The position numbers and the translations under genes are program-made. Of a stretch of 64,000 nucleotides of DNA, positions 50,389 through 59,899 are shown in pieces. Source of the DNA: an uncultured candidate division WWE3 bacterium (GTDB taxonomy: Bacteria; Patescibacteriota; WWE3; UBA101185; UBA10185); the NCBI GenBank assembly GCA_965603395.1, contig CBFDCV010000001.1:5389-69388 (forward strand), given 5' to 3'. Every line of letters begins with the position of its first letter. Positions within the stretch are counted from its first letter, which is position 1. Below the pieces are notes generated by a model that did no database searches, was not told the origin of the DNA, and saw only the letters and a program-made list of their open reading frames with translations.

Positions 50389-51923
50389 CAAAACTAGAAG
50401 TGGAACTACATGAGGACGTTGTAAGCGTTCTACATAAACTAAAGGACATAAACGACACAGGTATTGAGCTTATCGTACCTGAAGGAGCGGTGCTTTTTGA
50501 CAACGTACTAAATCTCAAGCTTTTACAAAAATGGTCCGATAAAGAGGAGAAGGTTATCAACTTCCAAACCGATGATCTCAACGGCCAGAGCATGCTTATG
50601 TCGTTGGAAGATGAGGGAGTTCCGTCAGAAGAAATAATGGAAGAGGACATTAGTGCTATTGAACAAGAGGTTCCCACTCAAAAGTTTTCCATGCCTAAAG
50701 TTAAGTTAGCGCTCCCCGTTATCAAACTTAAAAAGGGTAGGGTCTTTTTTGTTTTGTTTTTGGTGTTAGCTTTTTTGGGTCTGTCCGGATTTTTTGGTTA
50801 TAAAAAAGTGGCTCAGATGCCAAAAGCCCAAGTTAAAATCATCGTTAATTCCCAACCTCTCACCCGAAGTTTTGAAATTAAAGTAAAACATAATAATGAT
50901 ACGGATGCGGAAAATAAAATTCTCAGAGGTACTACAGTAGAATCCAGCTTGGAAGACGAAGTGATCATAGAAACAACCGGAGAAAAGATAGTCGGAGAAA
51001 AAGCTGAAGGAGAAATAACCATTTTCAATAAAACAGATGAAGAAAAAAAGTTTAAAGAAGATACTGAGGTCATTTACGAAGATGATGACGATGACGAATA
51101 TGTTTACGAGCTCAAAGAAGATGTTACTGTTCCTCCCAGAGAGGAAGCATCCGACTCAACGCCCGCCGAACCCAAATACATTAGCGGAAACGCCGACGTA
51201 GAGGTTGAAGCCCAAGAAATTGGGAAAGACTACAACTTAGATGAGGGAGAAAATCTTAAAATCGAAGATCAAGATGATTCCGATTATGAAGCTGAGGTTA
51301 ATGAGGACATCGATGGTGGTAAGGAGGAAACCATCATGGTTGTGGCTCAAGAAGACATTGACGATGCTACACAAAGACTTCTTGAAAATTCCCGGGAAAA
51401 AGCCCTAAGAGCGTTGGGTGAAAAGATTAGCGGAGAACAAAAGCTAGTGGGCGGTTCTGAAAATGTAGCAATAGTAAAAGAAACATTTAGCCATGAGTTG
51501 GAAGATGAAACCGAGGAGTTAGCTCTTTCTCAAACTTTTTCTGCCAAAGGTCTTGTTTACAACCCGGATGATCTGGACAAACTTATTGAACTTCTCATGG
51601 AAGAATTCGTACCTGAAGGATTTGTTTTGTCCACCAAAGAAAGGATTGTTAATGTTGAGGTTCTAGGAAATACAGAAACCACCTTACTCTCATCCTCCGA
51701 GGCCGACCTGCAAGTTACGCTCAAAACATACGTGATAACTGATATTTCCGAAGAAACTATTAAGCAGGCTCTTATGGGAAAAAGCCCGGGAGACGCTGAA
51801 AAATATCTTGGGAGCATTAGAAACGTAAAAACGTACGAGCTGAACATAAACCCTCGCATACCGTTGTTTGATTACATTCCAAAAGACGAGTCGCGTATAG
51901 TTATCAATCTGGAAAGAGAATAG
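50385..51923 (+). CDS. Bitopic protein with an extracellular baseplate-J/gp47-like domain
   Basis: Cytoplasmic N-domain, TM, then TTGEK.VGEKAEGEITIFN, V.VEAQEIG..YN, GG....VV.QED pattern; family recalled, not searched. Confidence 0.6.
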   Translation: MTKLEVELHEDVVSVLHKLKDINDTGIELIVPEGAVLFDNVLNLKLLQKWSDKEEKVINFQTDDLNGQSMLMSLEDEGVPSEEIMEEDISAIEQEVPTQKFSMPKVKLALPVIKLKKGRVFFVLFLVLAFLGLSGFFGYKKVAQMPKAQVKIIVNSQPLTRSFEIKVKHNNDTDAENKILRGTTVESSLEDEVIIETTGEKIVGEKAEGEITIFNKTDEEKKFKEDTEVIYEDDDDDEYVYELKEDVTVPPREEASDSTPAEPKYISGNADVEVEAQEIGKDYNLDEGENLKIEDQDDSDYEAEVNEDIDGGKEETIMVVAQEDIDDATQRLLENSREKALRALGEKISGEQKLVGGSENVAIVKETFSHELEDETEELALSQTFSAKGLVYNPDDLDKLIELLMEEFVPEGFVLSTKERIVNVEVLGNTETTLLSSSEADLQVTLKTYVITDISEETIKQALMGKSPGDAEKYLGSIRNVKTYELNINPRIPLFDYIPKDESRIVINLERE

Positions 51924-51925
51924 AC

Positions 51926-52357
51926 ATGGCAAAGAAAAAGGGTAAAGATCCTCTAGATGAAAAGTTGTTAGGTATAGACTACGGCTCTACAAATATAGGT
52001 CTGGCTTTTGGTATTAATGATCTAGTTTCCCCACTTAAAGTGATTTCCGGTAGGAATCAGCAACAAGCTCTTTCGGAAATTGCCAGGTATATTATCGAAA
52101 ATAAAGTAGACAGAGTTGTGTTAGGGCTTCCCCTTAACCCTGAAGGTAAGGAGTCCGCACAATCTAAAGAGGTCAGAAAGTTCGGTAAACTTTTAAGAAT
52201 TAAAACTAAAAAGCCGGTTAAATATGTCAACGAGTACCGCACTACCGAAGAAAGCATAACCGAAGCAGTTAATTTAGGTATTTCTAAAAAAAGACGGCAA
52301 AAGATTGACCATCTATCAGCCGCACTAATAATCAAGGAGTATTACTCAAAGCTTTAA
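51926..52357 (+). CDS. YqgF/RuvX RNase-H-fold nuclease
   Basis: LLGIDYG..NIGLA, VVLGLP, NEYRTT, IDHLSAALI. Confidence 0.92.
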   Translation: MAKKKGKDPLDEKLLGIDYGSTNIGLAFGINDLVSPLKVISGRNQQQALSEIARYIIENKVDRVVLGLPLNPEGKESAQSKEVRKFGKLLRIKTKKPVKYVNEYRTTEESITEAVNLGISKKRRQKIDHLSAALIIKEYYSKL

Positions 52358-52361
52358 CTTT

Positions 52362-52592
52362 TTATTTCTTTTTCTTCTCTTTTTTTATCCTCATTTCCAC
52401 TTCTTTTGACTCACAAATGGAACACTCAAAGTTTTGTCCCGGTTTCAGACAGGAAGGGCATATATAAATACCGTCCATAAAGATAAGCTTCTCCTGTTTA
52501 CAGGTGTTGCATAAAAATAAAACGTCATCACGTTTGATGTCACCATCGTTGGGACAATTAAATTTTATGTTTTCCTCTTTTATATCTTTCAT
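52362..52592 (-). CDS. Small Cys-rich (zinc-ribbon) protein
   Basis: CPND, CNTC, CPSC, CSIC. Confidence 0.7.
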   Translation of the reverse strand: MKDIKEENIKFNCPNDGDIKRDDVLFLCNTCKQEKLIFMDGIYICPSCLKPGQNFECSICESKEVEMRIKKEKKKK

Positions 52593-52614
52593 TAGAATAT
52601 GCTAGCATATATCC

Positions 52615-52797
52615 ATGGAGATATTAATTGTCTTTTTATACGTGTACCTAAGCCTTGGAACCATATATGGTCTGTACCTGCTTTTTAACGGTTCCAGCAG
52701 TATTTGGCAACTTCCCATAAACATACTAGGAGGACCTGTTGTAGCCCTTTACGTTATTATTAAGACCAGAAAGGACGGTCCTCTCAGGAAAAGATAG
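52615..52797 (+). CDS. Small membrane protein
   Basis: 60-aa hydrophobic ORF leading into the HAD gene. Confidence 0.55.
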   Translation: MEILIVFLYVYLSLGTIYGLYLLFNGSSSIWQLPINILGGPVVALYVIIKTRKDGPLRKR

Positions 52798-52802
52798 CTT
52801 GT

Positions 52803-53534
52803 ATGTATAAGAAGGTATTCCAAAACAAAAAAGCTGCTCTTTTTGACCTCGACGGCACGATCATTGATTCTCTACCTTACTGGAGAACTGCCCTAAGGCT
52901 TGTGCTTGAAGATGCCAGCGACGGTACGGCCTCTTTGCACGGTGTGGATAGTGGTTCTTATCTAGGAGAAATTTGGAAGAGCACCATAAAAAAAGGCGGT
53001 TTGAAGACTGAATTGTCTGTTGAAGAGTTAGTTAAAAAATCTCAACAAGAATATTTATACCTCTTTAACGAAAATCCTTTAGAACCAAGAGATGGTTTTT
53101 GGGTGTTTATCGATGCATTAAAAAATGATAAAAATTGGGTACTTGCGTTAATTTCAAATTCCGATAACTCAGTCGTAGAGCCTGTTTTAAAAAGCCTCAA
53201 CATTAATGAGGGTGTCTTTGATGCAATCATCACCGGCGATAAGGTAAAACACCGCAAACCCTCCCCTGATATTTACAACAAGGTCCTCAAAGAATTAAAG
53301 CTTAAAAGTAAAGATGCTCTTGCTTTTGAGGATTCTTTGTCAGGAGCACGTGCGTCCGGTAAGGCGGGTATCGATACTGTTGTAATTCTGAATGGAGAAA
53401 CTCCTGAGCCAGAGTATCCTGATAATGTTCTACTTTTCCTATCCGATTTTAGTACTTTACCAGGAAACCTTGATGTCACTTACTTGGAAGCTTCCAAAAA
53501 ACGCTTAGATTACATGCAATCAGAATTAGCATAA
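52803..53534 (+). CDS. HAD-superfamily phosphatase
   Basis: FDLDGTIIDS, SN, KPSPD, FEDS. Confidence 0.92.
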   Translation: MYKKVFQNKKAALFDLDGTIIDSLPYWRTALRLVLEDASDGTASLHGVDSGSYLGEIWKSTIKKGGLKTELSVEELVKKSQQEYLYLFNENPLEPRDGFWVFIDALKNDKNWVLALISNSDNSVVEPVLKSLNINEGVFDAIITGDKVKHRKPSPDIYNKVLKELKLKSKDALAFEDSLSGARASGKAGIDTVVILNGETPEPEYPDNVLLFLSDFSTLPGNLDVTYLEASKKRLDYMQSELA

Positions 53535-53552
53535 ACACCATTGCTTTATCAT

Positions 53553-53561
53553 TGTGGATAA
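53553..53561 (-). promoter_or_regulatory. DnaA box upstream of dnaA
   Basis: TGTGGATAA, the reverse complement of the perfect TTATCCACA. Confidence 0.8.
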
Positions 53562-53623
53562 CTTATGTTAAATTACTTCTGCCTCGTACTAAACCTGTCT
53601 TATTTCTGCCTTCATTTTTTAGC

Positions 53624-55015
53624 ATGAATAAAAGAAAAAAAGCTGTCAAATCACAAGAGGATACTAATCAGTTTTGGAAGAAGGTTCTAGGAATTCTACA
53701 AACTGAGTTAAACCCATCCATTTTTAATACATGGGTAACGGGCGTCACGCCTGAAAACCTCACCGACACCTCAATAGAACTAGTGGTTCCTATGGATTAC
53801 AGTGCAAAACAGCTACAAAAATATACTTCTCTTATTCAAGATTCCATAGAACGGGTGGGAGGAGGGCCGTACAAAATACAATTTGTAGTAAAAAAAACAA
53901 CTGAAAAAATTGAGGTTGATGACCTAGGACCTTTGTTCGAACCGAAAAAGGAAACTAAAATTAGTAAGGCGGTTATCACCAAGGCAGGACTCAATCCCAA
54001 ATTCACATTCGAAAATTTCATCATGGGAAACAGTAATCAACTGGCGTACGCCATAGCTCAATCTGTGGCAGAGAACCCGGGAAAAAGCTATAATCCCTTC
54101 TTTTTGTATTCCGGTGTGGGTATGGGAAAAACTCACCTCATGCAAGCTATAGGAAATAGAATATTACAAAATGATCCGAAAACAACTGCGGTATATACAA
54201 CCGGCGAGAGTTTCATGAACGAGCTCATTGAATCTATACAAAGTGGCAAGGGAAGAGGACGTTACACATCAAACGAATTTAGAAATAAGTTTAGAAAAAC
54301 AGATGTTTTATTGATCGATGATATCCAAGAAATTGTGGGAAAAGAAGCCACACAAGCTGAGTTCTTTCATACTTTTAATAGCCTATACATGGCCGGTAAA
54401 CAGATTGTTCTTACGTCCGATAGACCCCCCAAAGATTTTACTAATTTAGAAAAACGCATAACGTCAAGATTTGGGAGCGGCATCATCGCTGATATACAAC
54501 ACCCTGAAACAGATTTGAGAGTGGCCATACTAAGAACCAAAAGAGACCAAAATGATGACGATATCTCTAACGAAGTGGTAGACTACATCGCTGAAAAAGT
54601 AACTTCTAATATTAGGGAACTTGAAGGAGCTTATTTACAGGTGCTGACTACCGCCAAGGCAAAGGGCAAGAACCCCACACCTGAGTTAGCAGAAGGAGTA
54701 TTGGGAAAAACCGTTACTCTAAAAAGAAAGAAATCTCTAACCTTAAGTCAGATACTAAGCACTGTTTGCAAATACTACTCACTAAAAACTACTGATCTTA
54801 AAGGAAAAAGAAGAACCAAGAACATTGTTATTCCCAGACAGGTAGCCATGTATTTGATGAGGGAGCTTACCGAAGAGCCTCTTATGAATATTGGAAAGTT
54901 TTTGGGTGGTAGAGACCACACCACCATCATGCATGGCATCGATAAGATCCGAGCCGAGATTAAGGACATGGGTAGGATCAGACAGGATGTTAACAATGTT
55001 AAAGAGATGCTTTAG
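53624..55015 (+). CDS. dnaA: Chromosomal replication initiator DnaA
   Basis: YNPFFLYSGVGMGKTHL, LIDDIQ, TSDRPP, NIRELEG, GGRDHTT. Confidence 0.98.
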   Translation: MNKRKKAVKSQEDTNQFWKKVLGILQTELNPSIFNTWVTGVTPENLTDTSIELVVPMDYSAKQLQKYTSLIQDSIERVGGGPYKIQFVVKKTTEKIEVDDLGPLFEPKKETKISKAVITKAGLNPKFTFENFIMGNSNQLAYAIAQSVAENPGKSYNPFFLYSGVGMGKTHLMQAIGNRILQNDPKTTAVYTTGESFMNELIESIQSGKGRGRYTSNEFRNKFRKTDVLLIDDIQEIVGKEATQAEFFHTFNSLYMAGKQIVLTSDRPPKDFTNLEKRITSRFGSGIIADIQHPETDLRVAILRTKRDQNDDDISNEVVDYIAEKVTSNIRELEGAYLQVLTTAKAKGKNPTPELAEGVLGKTVTLKRKKSLTLSQILSTVCKYYSLKTTDLKGKRRTKNIVIPRQVAMYLMRELTEEPLMNIGKFLGGRDHTTIMHGIDKIRAEIKDMGRIRQDVNNVKEML

Positions 55016-55340
55016 TTCATAAAAGATCGGCCTGGGGAAAGCTTGTGGATACCTATGGATAAGATAGTGTAGCTCTATAAGGTATGTGGAAAAACCCAAG
55101 TCTTATACACAAAACTATGCACAACAAACCGGTAATTATGCACAAGCTAGGCGTTGATGGTTCTTACAAAAAACGATTACGTTCTTGGGCAAAGCTTAAT
55201 GGAGCAAGTCAGAACTCGTTATCAACATGTAAAAAGTTGGGATAATCTACCAATAAAGCAAATGGAAGCACCGTACACAAATCCACAGCCCCTACTACCT
55301 CTACTACTTATTTTATATATACTAACTATTAGAGTTATTG
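55016..55340. other. Replication origin oriC
   Basis: DnaA-box-like 9-mers at 55044, 55054, 55085, 55103, 55115, 55136, 55219 and 55279; AAATCCACA-GCCCC-TACTACCTCTACTAC followed by an AT-rich tract (DnaA-trio module). Confidence 0.9.
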
Positions 55341-55349
55341 TGTAAAACT

Positions 55350-56498
55350 ATGTACATATTTTCAATAACATTTACAAAAATACTAAGCAAGTTAATAAGA
55401 AGGTTTAATCTTGGATCGGGTTATGTTTGGCCGGGCCATTTAATATTAAAGATTTACCCCAAAGTAATTAAGAGTATTAATCAAAGACTGCCGAAAAAAG
55501 TAGTTTTTATATCCGGTACTAATGGGAAAACCACTACAGCCAAGCTTATAAGACATATAGCTGAAAAACATAATCTGAAGGTACTCCACAACGATACAGG
55601 AGCCAACTTGCTTAATGGCGTGGTGTCCAGTGTTTTGCTAAGCTCTGATCTTAGGGGAAACCTTGACCATGATATAGCCATTTTTGAATTAGACGAGGTT
55701 GCGTTACCAAAACTAATGAAGGAGGTAGAGCCCGGAATTCTTGTCCTGCTTAATTTATCAAGAGATCAGCTTGATAGGCATTGGGAAGTTGATGCGGTCT
55801 TTGAAAAGTGGTTAGAAGCAGTTAAGAGTTTGCGGGGGGAAACCACACTAATTTTGGAAAAAGCACAAAACAAACTCACACACTTAGCAGGAAAGCATAA
55901 TGGAGAAAATATTTATTTTGATGATTCCGTTGATAATTTATCTTACACAAAGTTGGCAGGTTCATTTAATGCCAAAAATGTTAATTGTTCCCTATTGGTA
56001 GCTGAAAAAATGGGCATTAACCGGGATGAGGCTAGAGATAGTTTGCATGATTTTGAATATGCTTATGGTAGAGGAGAGAAAGTATTATACAAGAATAAGG
56101 AGTGGCGGATACTGCTAGCAAAAAATCCTGAAAGTTTAAATCAAAACCTAAAACTACTTTTAGAGGATAAGACTTCCTATGATTCCGTTTTGTACATACT
56201 AAATGACAACATTCCTGATGGTTTGGATGTTTCGTGGATATATGATATTGAGCCAAAACTACTAAGAGAGGTAAGTGCAGGAAAGAACATATTCATAGCA
56301 GGAATTAGATTTATGGACATGGCTGTACGTCTTCAGTACGCGGGAGCCGCGGTGCTAAAGGATAAGATAACAGAGAATCCGACAGATATTACAAATATCA
56401 TCAGCAAATATGAAGAAGTAAAAAAGATAGTGGTACTACCAAACTATTCAGCCATGTTAGAGATGAGAAAAGTTTTAACCGGAAGGAAGATCCTATGA
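55350..56498 (+). CDS. murT: Lipid II isoglutaminyl synthase subunit MurT
   Basis: SGTNGKTTT, GANL, LNLSRDQLDR, LAKNP, DGLDVSWIYD, NYSAML. Confidence 0.92.
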   Translation: MYIFSITFTKILSKLIRRFNLGSGYVWPGHLILKIYPKVIKSINQRLPKKVVFISGTNGKTTTAKLIRHIAEKHNLKVLHNDTGANLLNGVVSSVLLSSDLRGNLDHDIAIFELDEVALPKLMKEVEPGILVLLNLSRDQLDRHWEVDAVFEKWLEAVKSLRGETTLILEKAQNKLTHLAGKHNGENIYFDDSVDNLSYTKLAGSFNAKNVNCSLLVAEKMGINRDEARDSLHDFEYAYGRGEKVLYKNKEWRILLAKNPESLNQNLKLLLEDKTSYDSVLYILNDNIPDGLDVSWIYDIEPKLLREVSAGKNIFIAGIRFMDMAVRLQYAGAAVLKDKITENPTDITNIISKYEEVKKIVVLPNYSAMLEMRKVLTGRKIL

Positions 56499-57262
56499 AA
56501 CTATCTTTAGCCTATTTCTATCCGGACGAGCTAAATTTATATGGAGACACCGGAAATGTGGAGATTCTTGTTGCTAGAGCTAAAGCACGTGATCTAAAAG
56601 TAAATGTTGTAGAAGTCAGTTCTCAAACTCACGCAAACAGAGCTTTGCTAAAAGAGGTTGATCTGATTTTCATGGGCGGAGGGCCCGATTCGGGACAGAA
56701 AAAAATGTACGAAGATCTACTACACAAAAAAGGACCTTATATAAAAGAGTTTATACAAGAAGAAGGCGTTGCCTTGTTCATTTGCGGTGCTTACCAGTTG
56801 ATGGGCCATTATTATAGATCAGCTGACAGCAGCGAGCTTAAAGGTTTGGGATTATTTGATATATATACACAACATTTTGGTAATCATAAAAAGAGATGTG
56901 TTGGCAACACCGTATGCAATCTTAATGAATCTATTTTGGATGATAGTGTGTTCAAAGCCGTAAACAAAACAGGTGATACCCTAGTAGGTTTTGAAAATCA
57001 CGGGGGAAGAACTTATCTAAACGAAGGTACCAAGCCGTTAGCCAGAGTGTTATCAGGACATGGAAATAACTCTGAAGACAGGACTGAAGGATTGCACTTT
57101 AAAAACTCCATAGGAACCTACTTTCATGGCCCGCTGCTTTCAAAAAACCCGCACATAGCTGATTATCTTATTGCTAAAGCATTAAAACTGGAAAATCTTT
57201 CTAATTTAGATGATACTATTATTAACACCGCCCACTCTGCCCTGGTAAAAAGATTCAAATGA
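56495..57262 (+). CDS. gatD: Glutamine amidotransferase GatD
   Basis: NLYGDTGN, ICGAYQ, GFENHGG, GTYFHGPLL.KN. Confidence 0.93.
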   Translation: MKLSLAYFYPDELNLYGDTGNVEILVARAKARDLKVNVVEVSSQTHANRALLKEVDLIFMGGGPDSGQKKMYEDLLHKKGPYIKEFIQEEGVALFICGAYQLMGHYYRSADSSELKGLGLFDIYTQHFGNHKKRCVGNTVCNLNESILDDSVFKAVNKTGDTLVGFENHGGRTYLNEGTKPLARVLSGHGNNSEDRTEGLHFKNSIGTYFHGPLLSKNPHIADYLIAKALKLENLSNLDDTIINTAHSALVKRFK

Positions 57263-58476
57263 AGAAAAAAAGAAAAGAAACCATTAGCAGAGTGCTGTTT
57301 TATGTATTGGTGTTTTTGTTACCCCTCAATCTTGGCTACCACTTTCTGATCAAGGACGCTTACCAAAATGGTATTCTGATAGACTATTTAATACCTACGC
57401 TCTATCTGCAGGATATTTTAGCAGCTTTGTTTATTACACTTAATTTAGACACGCTGTACAAGAATATTCGAAAAGGTGACAAGTACTTGATGTGGTTTTT
57501 ATTCACCGTATTTCTAGCCTCAGTTTCTTCTATGTATACATACTCTTCGCTTGCTTCTTTTGGTAGGCTACTTATTTACGTGCTAACCATGCTTATTGTA
57601 AAGCATAAGTATAGGGGAAAAGAATATTTTAATAAGGTAGTTTACATTTTCGGTGTTACCGTCACATTACTATCTTTGTTGGCTGTGTTTCAGTGGAAGG
57701 GTCAAGGGTCTGTTTTTGATAACTATTTATTCTTTGGGGAGCAACCGTATACTGTGGCTACTCCGGGGATTAATGTAGAAAGCTTTTTTAGCATAGCAAA
57801 AGTCCCTCCTTACGGAACTTTTAGACACCCCAACATATTTGGTGGGATATTGAGCATTATCTTGATTTGGTTTTTATTTAAAAATAAAAAGAGTAGGTTT
57901 ATGAAAGTAGCTTTTATTCTTGGTGTGATAGCGTTATTTTTAACCTTAAGTAAATTTGCCTGGATCAGCTTTCTTCTTGGGGTTGGATTTTACTTTTTGT
58001 TAAAGAAGAGGCCCCAGTATGTGTACAGGGTTGGCTTAGGTATTGTAGGCTTTTCGATTTCTTTATCTTTGTTTCTACCCTTTTTTCCAAAGATTTCGGG
58101 CCTTTCAGAAAAACCGTCATATTACAGGAGGGCAGACCTTCTTAGTTCCTCCTACAGGCTTATTGGCATGGATCCTTACTTTGGGGTGGGTTATGGAGCG
58201 TCTACAGCATATATAAATAAATTCTTACCTTCCAAACACGATATAAGATTTGCCCAACCCACACATAATATTTTTGTGTTGTTACTAGTGGAAGCGGGAG
58301 CACTCGCGTTGCTGTTTTTTACCTTGTTTTTATTTAACAGTATAAAAAAAGCGTTAAAAAACCCTATAATTTTTATTTCTCTCACACAAATTGTATTTCT
58401 GGGTATTTTCGATCACTATTTTTTCACAATTCACCAACCACAGCTTTTAATGTGGTTAATTTTAGGCTTTGTGTAA
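57259..58476 (+). CDS. O-antigen ligase family membrane protein
   Basis: Multi-TM; YGTFRHPN, GVG, QPTHNIF, DHYF. Confidence 0.82.
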   Translation: MKKKRKETISRVLFYVLVFLLPLNLGYHFLIKDAYQNGILIDYLIPTLYLQDILAALFITLNLDTLYKNIRKGDKYLMWFLFTVFLASVSSMYTYSSLASFGRLLIYVLTMLIVKHKYRGKEYFNKVVYIFGVTVTLLSLLAVFQWKGQGSVFDNYLFFGEQPYTVATPGINVESFFSIAKVPPYGTFRHPNIFGGILSIILIWFLFKNKKSRFMKVAFILGVIALFLTLSKFAWISFLLGVGFYFLLKKRPQYVYRVGLGIVGFSISLSLFLPFFPKISGLSEKPSYYRRADLLSSSYRLIGMDPYFGVGYGASTAYINKFLPSKHDIRFAQPTHNIFVLLLVEAGALALLFFTLFLFNSIKKALKNPIIFISLTQIVFLGIFDHYFFTIHQPQLLMWLILGFV

Positions 58477-58534
58477 CACCGCGCCTTGTAGATTTAAGTA
58501 AAAGCCCCTATAATTTAAAAGTATTAGTATATAT

Positions 58535-59866
58535 ATGTATAAAAAGGCCTGCTCCAAAAACATTAAAAGCAAGTTTCTCACCATTGGTTTAGTTTTAGTT
58601 TTACCTGTGTTTTTAACCGCATGTACACTGGGGGATTTACCTGTGATAGGTAAGTTTTTTGGTGGTAGTAGTACTACAGACGATGGGCCTCCGGTAGTAG
58701 ACACAGGCCCGGCTAGTTTAAATGTGTGGGGAATTTGGGAGAGAAAAGAAGTGATGGATGTTCTGATTCAAAGATACAACGAGGTTTATCCTGATGTAAC
58801 TATCAATTATGAGGACAGGTCAGTATTAAAGCCAATTGTGGAATATAAAGAGATAAGTTTTACTAGGGCCACCGATCCTTCAGGACCCGACGTTATGAGA
58901 GTTCATATTAGTTGGTTGCCCACATTGGTACCTTCCTTAGAGCCGATGCCTGATGACATCATGGACGTAGACACCTTTAGAAGTACTTTTTATCCTGTGG
59001 CGGCGGATAATCTAGTTGTCGATGGGAAGATCTATGGTATGCCCACTTTCTATGATGGTTTGGTATTAGTTTATAACAAGGACCATTTTGAGGAGATTGG
59101 TCAGACAGAAGCACCTACAGCTTGGGAAGAATTCAGAAGATTGGCATTGGAACTGACAGTCAAAGGCGAAGGAAATCGCATAGTAAGAGCTGGCGCAGCC
59201 ATGGGAGCGGCTGATAACATTGACTTTTTCTCTGACATTTTAGGAATGTTGTTCTCACAAGCTAGGGTTGCCGTGCCGGCAGAGATCGAACAGGAACCCG
59301 CACAACATGCACTAGCGTTTTATACCAACTTTGTGATGGAAGATGAGGTATGGGCCACGGATCTACCGGAAGCTTCGGTTGCTTTTGCTCAGGAAAAGGT
59401 TTCCATGATTTTTGTGCCAACCTGGAACCTTCTGGACATTTTAGCCGCCAGACCGGATATGAACATTGGTGTAGCGGTTCCCCCGCAAGCTCAACCTGAT
59501 GAACCGGCAACATGGGCAAGTTTTTGGGTGGATGTAGTGCCCAAGTCCAGTCAAGATACTTTAGCTGCGTGGAGCTACATTAGCTTTTTAGCTCAGGAGG
59601 AACAGCAAATGATGATATTCGGCGAGGCTAGTAATTACAGAGTATTCGGACCTCCGTACAGTTTGATGTCTTTGAGCGGAGAACTAGCCGACAACCCTTA
59701 CTTAGCGCCAGTACTTGAGGCAGCCAGCGTAGCTAATACTAATGAGTTAGCAGCCAGAGCAGGAAATAGGAAGCAAGTGGATGCCATGAAGGAAGCTGTA
59801 AACTCTATATTGGGAGGTAGAACTACACCTGAACAAGCACTGGATACCGCTAAAGAAGCTTTATAA
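58535..59866 (+). CDS. Extracellular solute-binding lipoprotein (sugar-binding family 1)
   Basis: Lipobox LTAC; GPDV, GKIYGMP, LVYNKD, PTAWEE. Confidence 0.85.
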   Translation: MYKKACSKNIKSKFLTIGLVLVLPVFLTACTLGDLPVIGKFFGGSSTTDDGPPVVDTGPASLNVWGIWERKEVMDVLIQRYNEVYPDVTINYEDRSVLKPIVEYKEISFTRATDPSGPDVMRVHISWLPTLVPSLEPMPDDIMDVDTFRSTFYPVAADNLVVDGKIYGMPTFYDGLVLVYNKDHFEEIGQTEAPTAWEEFRRLALELTVKGEGNRIVRAGAAMGAADNIDFFSDILGMLFSQARVAVPAEIEQEPAQHALAFYTNFVMEDEVWATDLPEASVAFAQEKVSMIFVPTWNLLDILAARPDMNIGVAVPPQAQPDEPATWASFWVDVVPKSSQDTLAAWSYISFLAQEEQQMMIFGEASNYRVFGPPYSLMSLSGELADNPYLAPVLEAASVANTNELAARAGNRKQVDAMKEAVNSILGGRTTPEQALDTAKEAL

Positions 59867-59899
59867 AACAAAAACCCCCCGTTAAGATATAATACCCTC

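Noticed and set aside
55154-55345. 63-aa ORF after dnaA
   Set aside because: Lies across the DnaA boxes and trios of oriC and has no recognisable protein features.
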